A DNA stretch of 63,834 bases, counting the filler, from Octopus bimaculoides (Eukaryota), in assembly GCF_001194135.2 (NCBI RefSeq). It is 7 parts of 6 records of this genome, joined end to end, with 100 filler letters (N's around TTAATTAATTAA, not from the genome) between each part and the next. Parts side by side here need not be neighbours in the genome. Positions count along the whole stretch, not along the records: positions 16,974 to 40,675 come from NC_068992.1; positions 40,776 to 48,330 come from NC_069000.1; positions 48,431 to 55,201 come from NC_069003.1; 4 more parts are not named here. One strand, written 5' to 3'. Numbering within the stretch: the stretch's first letter is position 1; every line of letters starts with the position of its first letter. Positions 39,595 to 52,420 of the stretch are shown here, piece after piece. The notes under the pieces are model-generated. The model did not search any database, had not been told where the DNA came from, and saw only the letters and a program-made list of their open reading frames with translations. The translations under genes were made by a program, and so were the position numbers.

Positions 39595-39960
39595 AAATTG
39601 ATTTCAAATTTTGGCACAAGGTCAGTAATCACAGGGGAGGGGGACATCTCTCAATAATATTGACCCCCAAAATGATATTTGAACTCAGAACAGGAAGTGC
39701 AAAGAAATGCTGCCAACCATTTTGCCTGGCACTCTAACGATTGTGCCAGCTCATCATCTTGAACACGAATCTAATATTGGTTTAAAACTTTTTGCAGTTT
39801 TCGGGAGAGGGGTTATGTCCATTCCATTGACCCTAAAAAGATGACCAGCAAAGTCAACCCTGGCGCCATTTGAACTCAGAACGGAAAGCCAGAATAAATG
39901 TCACTAAGCGTTTATTATAGTACAGTAACAATTCTACCAGGTTGCTATTGAACAAGAATC
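39595..39960 (-). mobile_element. Two decayed SINE A copies
   Basis: TTTGAACTCAGAAC...CTGCCAGC heads and GGCACAAGG tail. Confidence 0.7.
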
Positions 39961-40868
39961 TAATATTAAGAGAATTATTTTATTGATTTTTACAAATCAT
40001 ATTTTCCAGATAAATATACCGTTTATATCTTTCCCAGTTATTTTACAACATATTACAGAGATTATACAATAAAACTTATCTATGTCTGAATAATTCTTCA
40101 TATTAATGCAGCACAAAGAATTTATGAACCAATGAAAGAAGCTCTGCCAGTCGTAGGCAAACTGTGACCTGTGGGACATTCTGAATGGCATGCCTAATGA
40201 AAGATTACCTTCAGTTTTTCTTGTAGTGTGACCTGTTTGAGGATGAGTTGTGTCTCATGTGGCCTGCTTTACAAGAAAGGTTGCCCTTGCCTGCTATATA
40301 TGGTTTTAAATTTTGCTAGAAATAGCAACCAACTCTCCTTCATGTTTACACTCTTCAATAAAGTTCTACAACTCTCTCACTCCCCCGCCCCACCCCACAC
40401 CACCCCACCAGAAAGAAAGCCATGATGATCATGGCTGGAATATCGAAATATCTCTGATTGTAGGTTTACTCGATCAAGTTCGCAGTGGGGTCAAAAACCA
40501 ACAACGCCAAAACTGCCACCACCAGCATCTCCAGCTGCCACCAACACCACCCATCACCACCAGCACCATCACCAGCACCATCACCAGCAGCAGCACCACC
40601 ACTACAACCACCATCACTGCTATTATCAGCAACAACAACAACAACAATAACAACAACAGCGTTTGATGATATATTNNNNNNNNNNNNNNNNNNNNNNNNN
40701 NNNNNNNNNNNNNNNNNNNTTAATTAATTAANNNNNNNNNNNNNNNNNNNNNNNNNNNNNNNNNNNNNNNNNNNNAGAATTTATATATGTATATATATAT
40801 ATATATATGTATATATATACCAACTTTAAATAGAGCTCAAAACTGATCCGTTGAAAATACTTTATTAC

Positions 40869-40900
<32 letters not shown>

Positions 40901-42406
40901 AATTGACCTATGTTAACAGATACTATATTCTTTTGCCAAATTTTTGGTGTAAAAAAATATATCTAAACATATATATATATATATGCACGCGCGCATCAAC
41001 ATCCATAAATGCAGTTTATGCATGCATATATATGTGTGTGTGCCAATATAGCTGTATATTTTATGTACATGATCCAATGATGTGCACATAAAGAGAAAAG
41101 GAGAGATACAAATGGGAGAGAAAGGGGGTGTGGGGAGAAAGAAAATTGAAACACGTCAAAAAGGCATATATCAAGAATTATCCGAGAGAAATTCCAGTAA
41201 CATTTTATACAATAATATTCAAGCTGCTCTCGTATCTGCACGTCTCTCAGAAGAAATAATAGGTTTGATTCTGCTTGAGTTTGACATAAGCAGCGATCAG
41301 TTATACTAATTAGCATAAAATTAAGTTCTTCCGAATTGTACTTCTAAATAGCAAAATCACTTCTTATGCTTATGCCTACCAGCCTTACGCTATTTTGCTG
41401 CATGCATTGTGTATGCGTGTGTGTTTGGGTGTATGCGTGTGTGTGTGTGTGCGTGTGTTGTGTGTGTGTTGTATGACATTGCGACGATGATCTGATTAGC
41501 GCATTCGTGAGGGTGTGAAACTTAGCAGAGAAGATTCTCTGTATATTAGATTTTAATATAATGTTGCCTTTATTTACTCTAGCATAAGGCTGTAAAATAA
41601 ACTGGATCGCCCGAAATATATGAGAGTAAATACCTGTATTCAGATCTAAGGCCAAATGAAAATTCTCATTACATGTTCATTCGTACACACGTGCACGCAC
41701 GCACGTACGCACACGCGCACACACACACACACATCAACGAGACAACCATTCGGATAGACGGACGGATTGAGACAGAAAAATATAAATTTATAAATATTGA
41801 CTCACTGTGCAAAATATGGTCTTGTTAACATCCATAATATAAATTTATTTCATTGCTCGTTTAAATTCCTGCCGTTGCAAATATCAATCAACCTTTTCTT
41901 GTCGGAAAATAGTTGACCCCTGGTTGGAAAAAGAGTAAGAAAAAGAAAAAGAAAAAGATTTAGTTGTCTTCCAATGTTTGTCAATGGTACGAAATTTTGT
42001 AGGTTTGTATTGTGTAGTAATATATGACAGAAGTGGATTTACTGTACATATATACATACATACATACATACATGAATATATATGTGTTTGTATGTATATG
42101 CATGTGCGTGTGTTGTATGTGTGCGCGTTTGTGCATGTGTATGTATATAAATATGCATGCATATATCCGAATGTAATTCAAAATACATTACCGTTTAGGA
42201 TTGCAAAATTTTGGTGTAATTTACTATTCAAAAATCTACTGCTACTGATATCACTACGTTGAGAATACTTATCATATCTAACTGAACTCCAGTGCCTCTA
42301 TGGCATTTGGTCTCTGAAGGGAAGCAGCTCATTCTAGAAACAGCTGGATGTCATCATCGTTTTAAATATATTTTTTCTTACGATTTCTTAAATACAATGT
42401 GTAATA

Positions 42407-42455
<49 letters not shown>

Positions 42456-42514
42456 GATGGAGGTGGAAATAGCACAGAAGAAAGTGTACGACATTTCAAT
42501 TTTAGAGGGAATTT

Positions 42515-42801
42515 GATAAAAATGATTTTAAAAATTATATAAAGAAAATATTACTGGTTTCGATGAATCTCATCTTATCAAATATCAGTTAAAATTTATA
42601 AAAATTTGAAGTAAAAAACAGTTTATCTTCTGTCTGAGAGTCAAAAACATGTCTTGACCTCCAGACATGTTCTTGACTCTCAGACAGAAGATAAACTGTT
42701 TTTATTTCAAATTTTTATGAATTTTTACTGATATTTGATAAGATGAGATTCATCGAAACCAATAATATTTTCTTTATATAATTTTTAAAATCATTTTTAT
42801 C
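42515..42801. repeat. Near-perfect 287-bp palindrome
   Basis: Arms 42515-42654 and 42663-42801, 8-nt loop TGACCTCC, about six differences including one indel. Confidence 0.95.
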
Positions 42802-43229
42802 TGTATTACATGGTCTTTTACGTTTTATTTCGAATTTCTATTAATACAAATTCTAAAGAATACAATTCCCAGAAATTATAAGGATTTCTTATTTTTCTTT
42901 CCTATTCATAGACACAAATAGATGTTTGTTTGCTTTGTCTTTTAGATCTTTTTACTAATCTGCGAGTTGCTTATTAGATATTTTCATATTATTTTCCTTT
43001 GAAGTGTTTCAATCACTTTATGTGTCATCACTTTGATTATTTCCAACAGAGTATACTAAAGTAATATATTTGACACGCAATGCTGCCTGAGTTTTAAAAT
43101 CTTGAGAACATATGCAAGCAGTGTACGACATAACCGATACGTGTAAGGTAGATTTATATTAAATAAAGAGGAATTTACAATAACTTTTTGAACAAATATC
43201 TGTAGTGAAAAGAAAATTCACTTGCTTAC

Positions 43230-43308
43230 GAGATGATCTTTTGACTCTCGCTGTTTCTTCATAATCATTCCAGCCTCTCAGTTTGAACTCTGTTACTGAT
43301 TGGCTCAG
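43230..43308 (-). CDS. Candidate exon of an unknown gene
   Basis: Acceptor ttctcttctcggctgctttcag and donor CTC|gtaagc. Only one frame is open: LSQSVTEFKLRGWNDYEETARVKRSS. Confidence 0.35.
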
Positions 43309-45533
43309 CTGAAAGCAGCCGAGAAGAGAAATCTTTTGACCATTTCTTGTTCAGCATTCAGAAAATGTACCCAGTGACTAAAACTGGAAGTTATTTCTAA
43401 TATATGACTAATTAGTGGTGGTAGTCTCCGTTGATAACACTAGTTCAGTAAATTTCACAAACTAGAATATGTCCTCGTGCGCTTAGAAGAAAAGATAAGG
43501 TTTCGGCGTGGGGTTCTTCATCACTACAAAAAATTCTTGTTTAGCCTGAGGTTAACTCTGATACAACAAGCCCATGATATAAAGCATTTAAGCTACGACT
43601 TCCATGCCTTTTTTTATATTGTCCGGTGCATATTTAAGACGATAAGGTATGATTTAAGGAGCTATAAAGGTTCCTCTTTTTTGGTTTAGACAAGGAATAA
43701 TTCAGAGAAGCGTTCAAGAAATGTATTACACGAAGCAATTACTAGTCAACCCATGAATGCACATATAATTTTGTTGCTAAAAATGTTGTAACAGAAACGG
43801 TTACATTTTTAAGTAAACGCTAATAAACGAGAGGATGTAGATCTAACATTTCACATTTAACATAATTTACTTTAAGCAAGCGCACATAAAATATAAATAC
43901 AAAAGTCTGAACACAAGGAGAAGAGAGAATACTGAATACTAAACACACAATAAAGTATCATTTTATTGAAAACTGAAAACTCTCAAACCGTCGCTCCAAG
44001 TCTCACATTTTCAATTTTCAGAACAGGATCTTTTAAACTTTTAGTTCCAGGCCTGTGTCATATTATCCGTTTTATGGTGCTAACATATATTAAATAATAA
44101 TAATTCCGGATAAATTCCTAAGAAACTGTCGTAACTTTATCAATTACTATTTCCCGACCAAATGTTGTAATATAGTCGTGGGTTCTTGCTTGGTGGATGG
44201 CCTGGAAGAAAACTGAATTTCAAATCTACTTTTTCACATTCAGCTCTTACATTTTAATGTTTTGTCAGTTAGAGAATGGAAGATCGAGAGGACACCGTTA
44301 TTTGAGTGCGCTTAGAGTAAAAATTAGCTTTAATTCGGCTTTTATACCCTTCTCTGGGAGAAATTGGTTAAATTCAAACCTGATGAGGCTTACAATGCTC
44401 TAGGCACACCCCGTATGTTACGACAATGCCAAGACGACTCCGTCAGCAGCTAGGGGTTTGATGAAGAAAGGAATATCTTTCTTGAGCACTCATTATACTC
44501 AATTGTTATTATTATTGCTTTTTACCCATGACAACATAATCCCACGTGCTCTTTTCTAAGACGATAGGTATGGGATTTCAAGGAGATTTTACTGCTTCTT
44601 CTAGTCGTTCAAATGAACACACAGAGATTTCTTTGTTGACGAGTCGCGGGATATATATATATACACATAATGTATTTGTGCTTGTTCGTGCGCCTGTGCA
44701 TGTGAGTGTCTTTGTACTCGTATATGTGCGCACATACTCAAAACTATTGAGCAAAAGACTTGTGATCAAAATCATTCTAGACATGACCATTTCATCTTTT
44801 TACTAAGTGCAGAGAATCCAAAATTACATTATACATATATACATGCTAGCTTCCAAATCCTTTTTTCTGACTGATAAAAATGATCAAACTTTACACCTCC
44901 GTAACATTTATTAAAAATATTTTATGAAATAAATGAGTCACAAAATCGGATTCAGCGTGAATAAGTACATCACTATACCAAATTCGAGATTTTTTCACTT
45001 TATTTTCAAATTTAAAAATCTGTGACTGCAATAGTAAAGATTCCTCTTTACCGCACCCTGTTTTTTTTTTTCTTTGTATATGTATATCGTTCACGCTGAG
45101 TTTATGTGTATATTTGTTTGTTTGTGTGCATGTACGTGTGTGTCCGTCCATGTGTGTGTGTGTGTGTGTGTGTGTGTGATGTGCACACGCGCGCGTCTGA
45201 GTGTATAGGCGCGCACGTGCGTGTGTAAGTGTGTGTCTGTGTGAGTGTGCGCATATGTATGTGTATAAGGAATTACATTAGGGCGGCAGAGTCCAAAGAC
45301 CTTCACACAACATCAGCAGCGAGCTAAGAGAAATATTTACATTTATGTATCAAATGGTGAAATAAAAGCTTAGTTTATCGATACGTTAGAAACTGCCCCA
45401 AATAATGCAGAAATCTGTCCTGATCAAGAGACTTCTCCATCGGAGAAAACAGAGAATAAAAAAAAATTGAAATAAAAGCATTCTGTTCTGAAAATTGCCA
45501 AGCAACGACGGGATACTCAGTGTGTGTGCGTGC

Positions 45534-45643
<110 letters not shown>

Positions 45644-45970
45644 TGAACACACACACGCACACACAAAAGCCACTAGAGAATTCGAATGAGCGCGTATGCA
45701 TCTGTAAGAATGTTGTAATAAATATACTTGTTATATATGATTATGTGTATGTGAGTATATAAACATACATACATGCATACATACATACATACATGCATAC
45801 ATACATACATACATACATATATACATGCATATCTGTCTCTCACCATCTCTCACCGGATACCTATTATTCGCTCCAGATATATGACACTGTATAGTTTCGT
45901 GTGACATTGTTCAATTTAGGTTAGATTCATTTCATTCAAATCAGACGACCATTAGCTCACACGCACGCGC

Positions 45971-46067
45971 ACACACACACGTGTGTGTGTCACACGTGTG
46001 TGTGTCACACGTGTGTGTGTGTCACACGTGTGTGTGTGTCACACGTGTGTGTGTGTCACACGTGTGT
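45971..46067. repeat. Minisatellite (CACACGTGTGTGTGT)n
   Basis: CACGTG at 45978, 45993, 46008, 46025, 46042, 46059. Confidence 0.9.
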
Positions 46068-47084
46068 ATGTATGAGTGGTTGTGTATGCGCGTATGTGCG
46101 TATATGTTTGTGTATTCATAAACAAATACAAACATAATGTACATATAGTTCTATTGTGAAACTTGGCTAAACTAGACCCAGCTTTAGCTGGATCCCGGTT
46201 ACAGCAACAAAAACAATCTCAGTAGTATGAACCACAGAGCATCAGCCTCAGAGAAAACGAGTTAGCTTCACAATTTCTATTAAAATCTTTTGATAAATTA
46301 CAATTTACGTCGTAGAAAAGTAGAAAAATCTAAAACCTATAAAAAAGAAAGTCTGACATTATAGGTTCTAATATTTTCGTACCTTATTATACAACATCAA
46401 TCTCAATACTGCCATCCGTCGATAGCGACGTAGTTGTTATCAAAAAGAATATAGTTACAATAACGCAATATAGTTACAACATCACTTCAATACTAACACA
46501 AAACTACTACAGTACTAACTCAACACCACTTCAGTCACTACCTCGACCACCATCGATACCTTAGTACAGCCACATCATTATGATGTCACGACGACACTAA
46601 CTACAATATCTATTACAACAGTCACACCAGTACCACAATGTATTCACAGCACCACCGCACTGACACTGCACCACCACCCCCTCAACTAACATCGACACCA
46701 CATCAGAGCACTACAACGATCACCGCGTGAGAATCTTCACCTCAATATCACCAGATTTACCGCAATAAAGCTACATCGGTCCCACGATTACCATTAACGG
46801 CAACGGGCAACATTGCGACACCATGACAATCGTACCAGAGTGTCATCGGAATCAGCACCATCACCTCCTCCTCCTCCTCTTCCTCCTCCTCCTCTTCTTC
46901 CTCCTCCTCCTCCTCCTCCCTATCATTTCTATAAATAAGAGTAACGAAGTAGTTGTTACTTGTTAAACAAAAAGAAATTGAAGAGCATTAGATCTCGTTG
47001 TCACCACTTCACGTTTCACAACTACAGCTATGTAGTTACAACATCACTTCAGTACTAACACAAAACTACTACAGTACTAACTAT

Positions 47085-47156
47085 ATTGCGGTGGTGTAAC
47101 GGTTAGCATGGTTGCCTTCCAAGCAATCGATCCGGGTTCGACTCCCGGCCGACGCA
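47085..47156 (+). tRNA. tRNA-Gly(TCC)-like sequence with damaged 5' acceptor strand (pseudogene or SINE head)
   Basis: A box TGGTGTAACGG, anticodon arm GTTGC-CTTCCAA-GCAAT, B box GGTTCGACTCC, 3' end CCGACGCA. The 5' strand reads ATTGCGG instead of GCGTCGG, so only 3 acceptor pairs form. Confidence 0.85.
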
Positions 47157-48433
47157 ATTATATTTTTCACGGTGGGTGCACCAGCATGACCGCAGCCACT
47201 TGGCTGAAACACATAAATAAATAAATAAATAAATAAAAATATGTATATATATATATATTGCTTTGTTATATGTCAATAACAGAAAGGACGACGACGACAG
47301 GTATAATAACGGTGACGTCAATACTAATGATGATGATGAACACCACCACCGCCACCACCATCATCACCACCATCATCATCACCATCGTCACCATCATCAC
47401 CACCACCATCCATCATCATCATCATCAAGTTACGGCAACAAACATATCTTCATTGGTTTAAGATTATTTCGTTTTCATCTACTTTTTGTTTTTCTTTTTT
47501 TGCTTCTTGTTTTTAAATTACCTTCTGTTTTTATCAGATACAGTAGAATTGGTTTTTATATTTCATTTCATTTTATGTTTTGTAGATATCATTTAGATAT
47601 CCTTATAACCATGATATGATATTTATCGGTAGATATCATTATAGTATTATCTATAGTAGACATCTCGGCCGAATGTTATTAACTTACATTACGTGTTTTC
47701 AAAGAATTAGTCATTATTTTCATTTTCTACATTTTTTTTCTTTCAAACCAACAGGGTTTAATCACCTAGCACCACGGCCAATAACCACACAGACACGTAT
47801 TTATGATATTTAAGCGCGATTTCATAATATACTTTTTATGCGTGATCAAAATGCCTCGAACTGCTAAAACCCTTTAACTCAGAATGTGGTCGGAAAAGAT
47901 GTACAACTTGAACTATCTTCATGAAATGTATTTGAGATTTGTCGGCTTTAGAGAAGGGAATAAAGAAAAAAACCTCCAAATCTACCCGAAAGTAAGTATT
48001 GAACTTGAGCACTGTTAATGGGTATAATAACTATCAATTTTTCCCAGTGCTGTATTCAAATTGTTTCTCACACTACGGTCTATACTTACTCCTAAGTCGG
48101 TAAGTAGGCGGCCTGGGTCACTACTGAATTGAATTTCGAGCACAGATTCAATGCTGATACACGTTTCAAAAAAACGAACAGCTGTACTTCCTCTGTTTGC
48201 GCGCGCGCGTGTATATAGATATATATATATACAGACAATAGGTGAGAGCTAGATATGTTCAGTATACACACACGCACGTGCGTACACACACACATACACA
48301 TATTTCTGTACATACATCTACATATATATANNNNNNNNNNNNNNNNNNNNNNNNNNNNNNNNNNNNNNNNNNNNTTAATTAATTAANNNNNNNNNNNNNN
48401 NNNNNNNNNNNNNNNNNNNNNNNNNNNNNNTGC

Positions 48434-48464
<31 letters not shown>

Positions 48465-48501
48465 GAATGAGAGAGTGAGAGAGTTGGATAGATAGAAAGA
48501 T

Positions 48502-48540
<39 letters not shown>

Positions 48541-49182
48541 CATGCACATAAATATTTGTAGGTCCGCGCGTGTGCATGCATACACAGACCGTATATAATG
48601 TTTGTGTATACGCATCTGGGTGTGTACAATGAACTGTCGAGTTGAACGGTCATACCGGCCTGACTCAGCAGTAATCTGACACGGATCATCGGTTCATATA
48701 CGTATCGTAACGGTTTCGTTGCTGGCATAATATCTCGAAACTACATTAACTCAGGTCGCGGTAACACATGAGATAACACAACGTATTAAATGTGAGAGAT
48801 AAGAAGAGATGGAAGAAAAGAGAGTGTAAATATTCTGAGAGTGATATATCTATATCTATATATATATATATATATATATATATGGTGTAAGGGGAAGTGG
48901 ATGGTTGGTTTCGACCGAGGAGAGCATCAGGAAGGCAATGTCCAAAAATCGATATTTGGAAAGTTAAGCTCACGTAAGCATAAATATGCATTAATATACA
49001 GTGTATATATATATATATATATTGGTAGATAGATAGATAGATAGATAGTTAAATAGATAGAAACTTTGGCAGATAGGTAATATGAGATTCACAATTATAT
49101 ACTAGTTATATATGTGTATATATGTGTATATATATGTATGCATATATATACATTTATATGTATATATATGCATGTATGTATG

Positions 49183-49268
<86 letters not shown>

Positions 49269-49829
49269 TATATGTATATATATATATATANNNNNNNNNN
49301 NNNNNNNNNNNNNNNNNNNNNNNNNNNNNNNNNNNNNNNNNNNNNNNNNNNNNNNNNNNNNNNNNNNNNNNNNNNNNNNNNNNNNNNNNNNNNNNNNNNN
49401 NNNNNNNNNNNNNNNNNNNNNNNNNNNNNNNNNNNNNNNNNNNNNNNNNNNNNNNNNNNNNNNNNNNNNNNNNNNNNNNNNNNNNNNNNNNNNNNNNNNN
49501 NNNNNNNNNNNNNNNNNNNNNNNNNNNNNNNNNNNNNNNNNNNNNNNNNNNNNNNNNNNNNNNNNNNNNNNNNNNNNNNNNNNNNNNNNNNNNNNNNNNN
49601 NNNNNNNNNNNNNNNNNNNNNNNNNNNNNNNNNNNNNNNNNNNNNNNNNNNNNNNNNNNNNNNNNNNNNNNNNNNNNNNNNNNNNNNNNNNNNNNNNNNN
49701 NNNNNNNNNNNNNNNNNNNNNNNNNNNNNNNNNNNNNNNNNNNNNNNNNNNNNNNNNNNNNNNNNNNNNNNNNNNNNNNNNNNNNNNNNNNNNNNNNNNN
49801 NNNNNNNNNNNNNNNNNNNNNNNNNNNNN

Positions 49830-49863
<34 letters not shown>

Positions 49864-50122
49864 TATATATGTATGTATACATGCAGGCATTCGCATATTC
49901 ACATGCCCACACGTACATACTCGCGTTTGTTTTATGGCAGGTAATGAGAAAATGGCCGTAACCTTTTCTTCATTAGCTGACAATGGTTTCTCATGTTAAC
50001 GTGTTGTTGCAACAACGCTTGTTTTCTTAGAACTCTTCATGTCCTTCACTGTGGTAAACTATTGTTAACCTAGAAGAAAACTTCGTTCCGTCAATGTGTT
50101 TCTTAACGAAGTTAAGTTGCAG

Positions 50123-50208
50123 GAGTCCTGGTATCCAGAAATGGCTACAGATGTTCCACAAGGACGTCAACATGAACATGGGCTATATATGTACGAATAT
50201 GTACTCAG
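50123..50208 (+). CDS. Candidate internal exon of an unknown gene
   Basis: Strong donor CAG|gtaaga and open frame ESWYPEMATDVPQGRQHEHGLYMYEYVLR (a second frame is also open). The acceptor is weak; an alternative acceptor lies at 50074. Confidence 0.3.
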
Positions 50209-51170
50209 GTAAGACTATTTCAGTATATGTTCGTATGTATATGCACATATTTGTACATGTACATGTTCACACACACACAGACACTCACACACACACTCAC
50301 ACTCACACATTCACACACAGACACATACATGTGTTCATGTGTTCATATCATTATGTTAATGGTACTTTTGATTTTCCTAATCCGTAGCTCGTTTTCTGTT
50401 TACCATTTTCTAGGTTCCAACAGGAACTGAATAAAAATTAAGAAACAATTGCAGATGTGCTTTACTTTCCAAACACACACACACAAACAAATGAACAAAC
50501 AAACAATCAAGCACACATAGTTACATACATACATATAGGTGTGTAGAAAGAAAGACAAAATGAAAGGGAGGAAGAAGGACAAAATGAAAGGGAGAGAGAG
50601 AGAGAGAGATCTTCCTGTTATTTTTCTTCCATCAAACGTCTCTCGATAATTGCTAATACATTAACTGAAAGGAGAACAAAGAAAATGGAGGTAAAACAAC
50701 GGAATAAAATTTCAATAAATAGAATTTACAGATGCAGAGCTTGCTCAAAGTAGAAAAGCACTACTCTTGTCACAATTCGACTGATCAGAAAATCATAGCT
50801 TAAGGGAGAGGAACTTCTGCGTGTGTGTATGCAGTGCGTTTAATTTCAGTTGAATTCGGTGCTGGTTGTTTTATGTTCACGCTATAGTGTTTGTCGTGTT
50901 GTCGGTTGCTTCGTTGATTGTCTGGTTGGCTGGCTTGGTCGGTTGGTGGCTTGATGTGTTGATGATAAAATGCGTGCTGCTGTTTGTAAGTTATTTTTAA
51001 TAGAGATGTATTTTCGGTGACTTCGCGTGTGGCAGGCGATATATGCATGTAGGAATTTAGAAATGTATGCATACCTACATGCATACATTCATACATACAC
51101 GCCTAATCATCAACTACTCACTCGCATCCATATACATATATATATATATACATACATACACACGCATGCA

Positions 51171-51202
<32 letters not shown>

Positions 51203-51586
51203 CGTTTATATGTATGTATTTGTGTGTCTTTCTTTGCTCCGCATAGCCGCTTAACAACCGATGCTGCTATGTTTACGTCCCTGTAACTTAGCGGTTCGGC
51301 AAAAGAGAACGATAGAGTAAATACTAGGCTTACAAAGAATAAGTCCTGCGGTCGATTTTTTTCCACTAAATGCGGGGTTTTAGCATTGCCGCTGTCAAAT
51401 GACTGAAATGAACTAAAAAAAAAAAAAATTTAAGAATGCATACATATATGCGTGTGTCTATGGATTTATATATGTATGCATGACTTTGTATATGTGTTTA
51501 ACATACTCTAATCCGTTGTCTGTGACTCATTCTTCTTTAATCATTCTAGTGACACGTATTTCTTGCACTCTAGTTAATCTCCTCAC

Positions 51587-51668
51587 CAGTTTGGTCTATA
51601 CGTCAACAACTGAGCTCCTGCGCCACCAACAAGGAAATCCTCGCCCATAAACAAGCTTGAAACACTCG
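51587..51668 (-). CDS. Candidate exon resembling the WDR6/Trm734 N-terminal WD blade
   Basis: Acceptor cgttag, donor CTG|gtgagg, open frame SVSSLFMGEDFLVGGAGAQLLTYRPN. By eye it aligns in register with recalled WDR6 PVTGLECVGDRLLAGEGPDVLVY. No further matching exon was found. Confidence 0.3.
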
Positions 51669-52303
51669 CTAACGACGTCCGTAAAATCAATTACGAAAAA
51701 TAAGTAAATGTGCAAATAAAAGAAATCAGCAACGTCAACAGCAACAGGAATTTAAAACCTCGGGCGAAAACAGAAATTTAGTGTTAATTCTTTATGTAAA
51801 ATTTATGTATTTGTCAAATTAAAGATTCTTTAATTTTCTCATCACAGCTGCGTTCGTACGTATTCTTATTGACCTACCAATCACTGCTATACATTTCTGT
51901 CTCATACTATCTGTCGTTTGTCACATAATCTGCTAGGAATAACAGCTAAATCTTTATATATATATATATATATATTTAACTGTGACTTAAGATATTCAGG
52001 AGAAAGCGACTGTTTTATATTGGCTAATGTCGCTTCATAAAGGTGACTTAGCTGAGATATTCCTGTTATATCGGCGGTTATGTTGGCTAATATTGCCTTG
52101 AACGATCACAAACTGATGAGAGATATAAATAATTCAAACACAACAAAGACTTATGTGATGGAATCTCTTTGATCAATGACCCAATTACGCAGTTTTTCTG
52201 AACACGGGTTAAACAACTTCAACAACAATAGCAAAACCAACCGCAAGTGCACAGCCTTGCAGTGATCAAATTTGGAGCTACATCATAAGCACCCGAAAGA
52301 TGA

Positions 52304-52420
52304 CGAGCTGGCAGAATCGTTAGCACGCCGGGAAAATTGCGTAGCTTTATTTTGTCCGCCTTTGCGCTCAGAGTTCAAATCCCGCCGAGATCGAATTTGA
52401 CTTTAATCTTTTCGGGGTTG
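52304..52420 (+). mobile_element. SINE A 5' half with CpGs retained
   Basis: GACGAGCTGGCAGAATCGTTAGCACGCCGGG...GAGTTCAAATCCCGCCGAGATCG. Confidence 0.8.
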
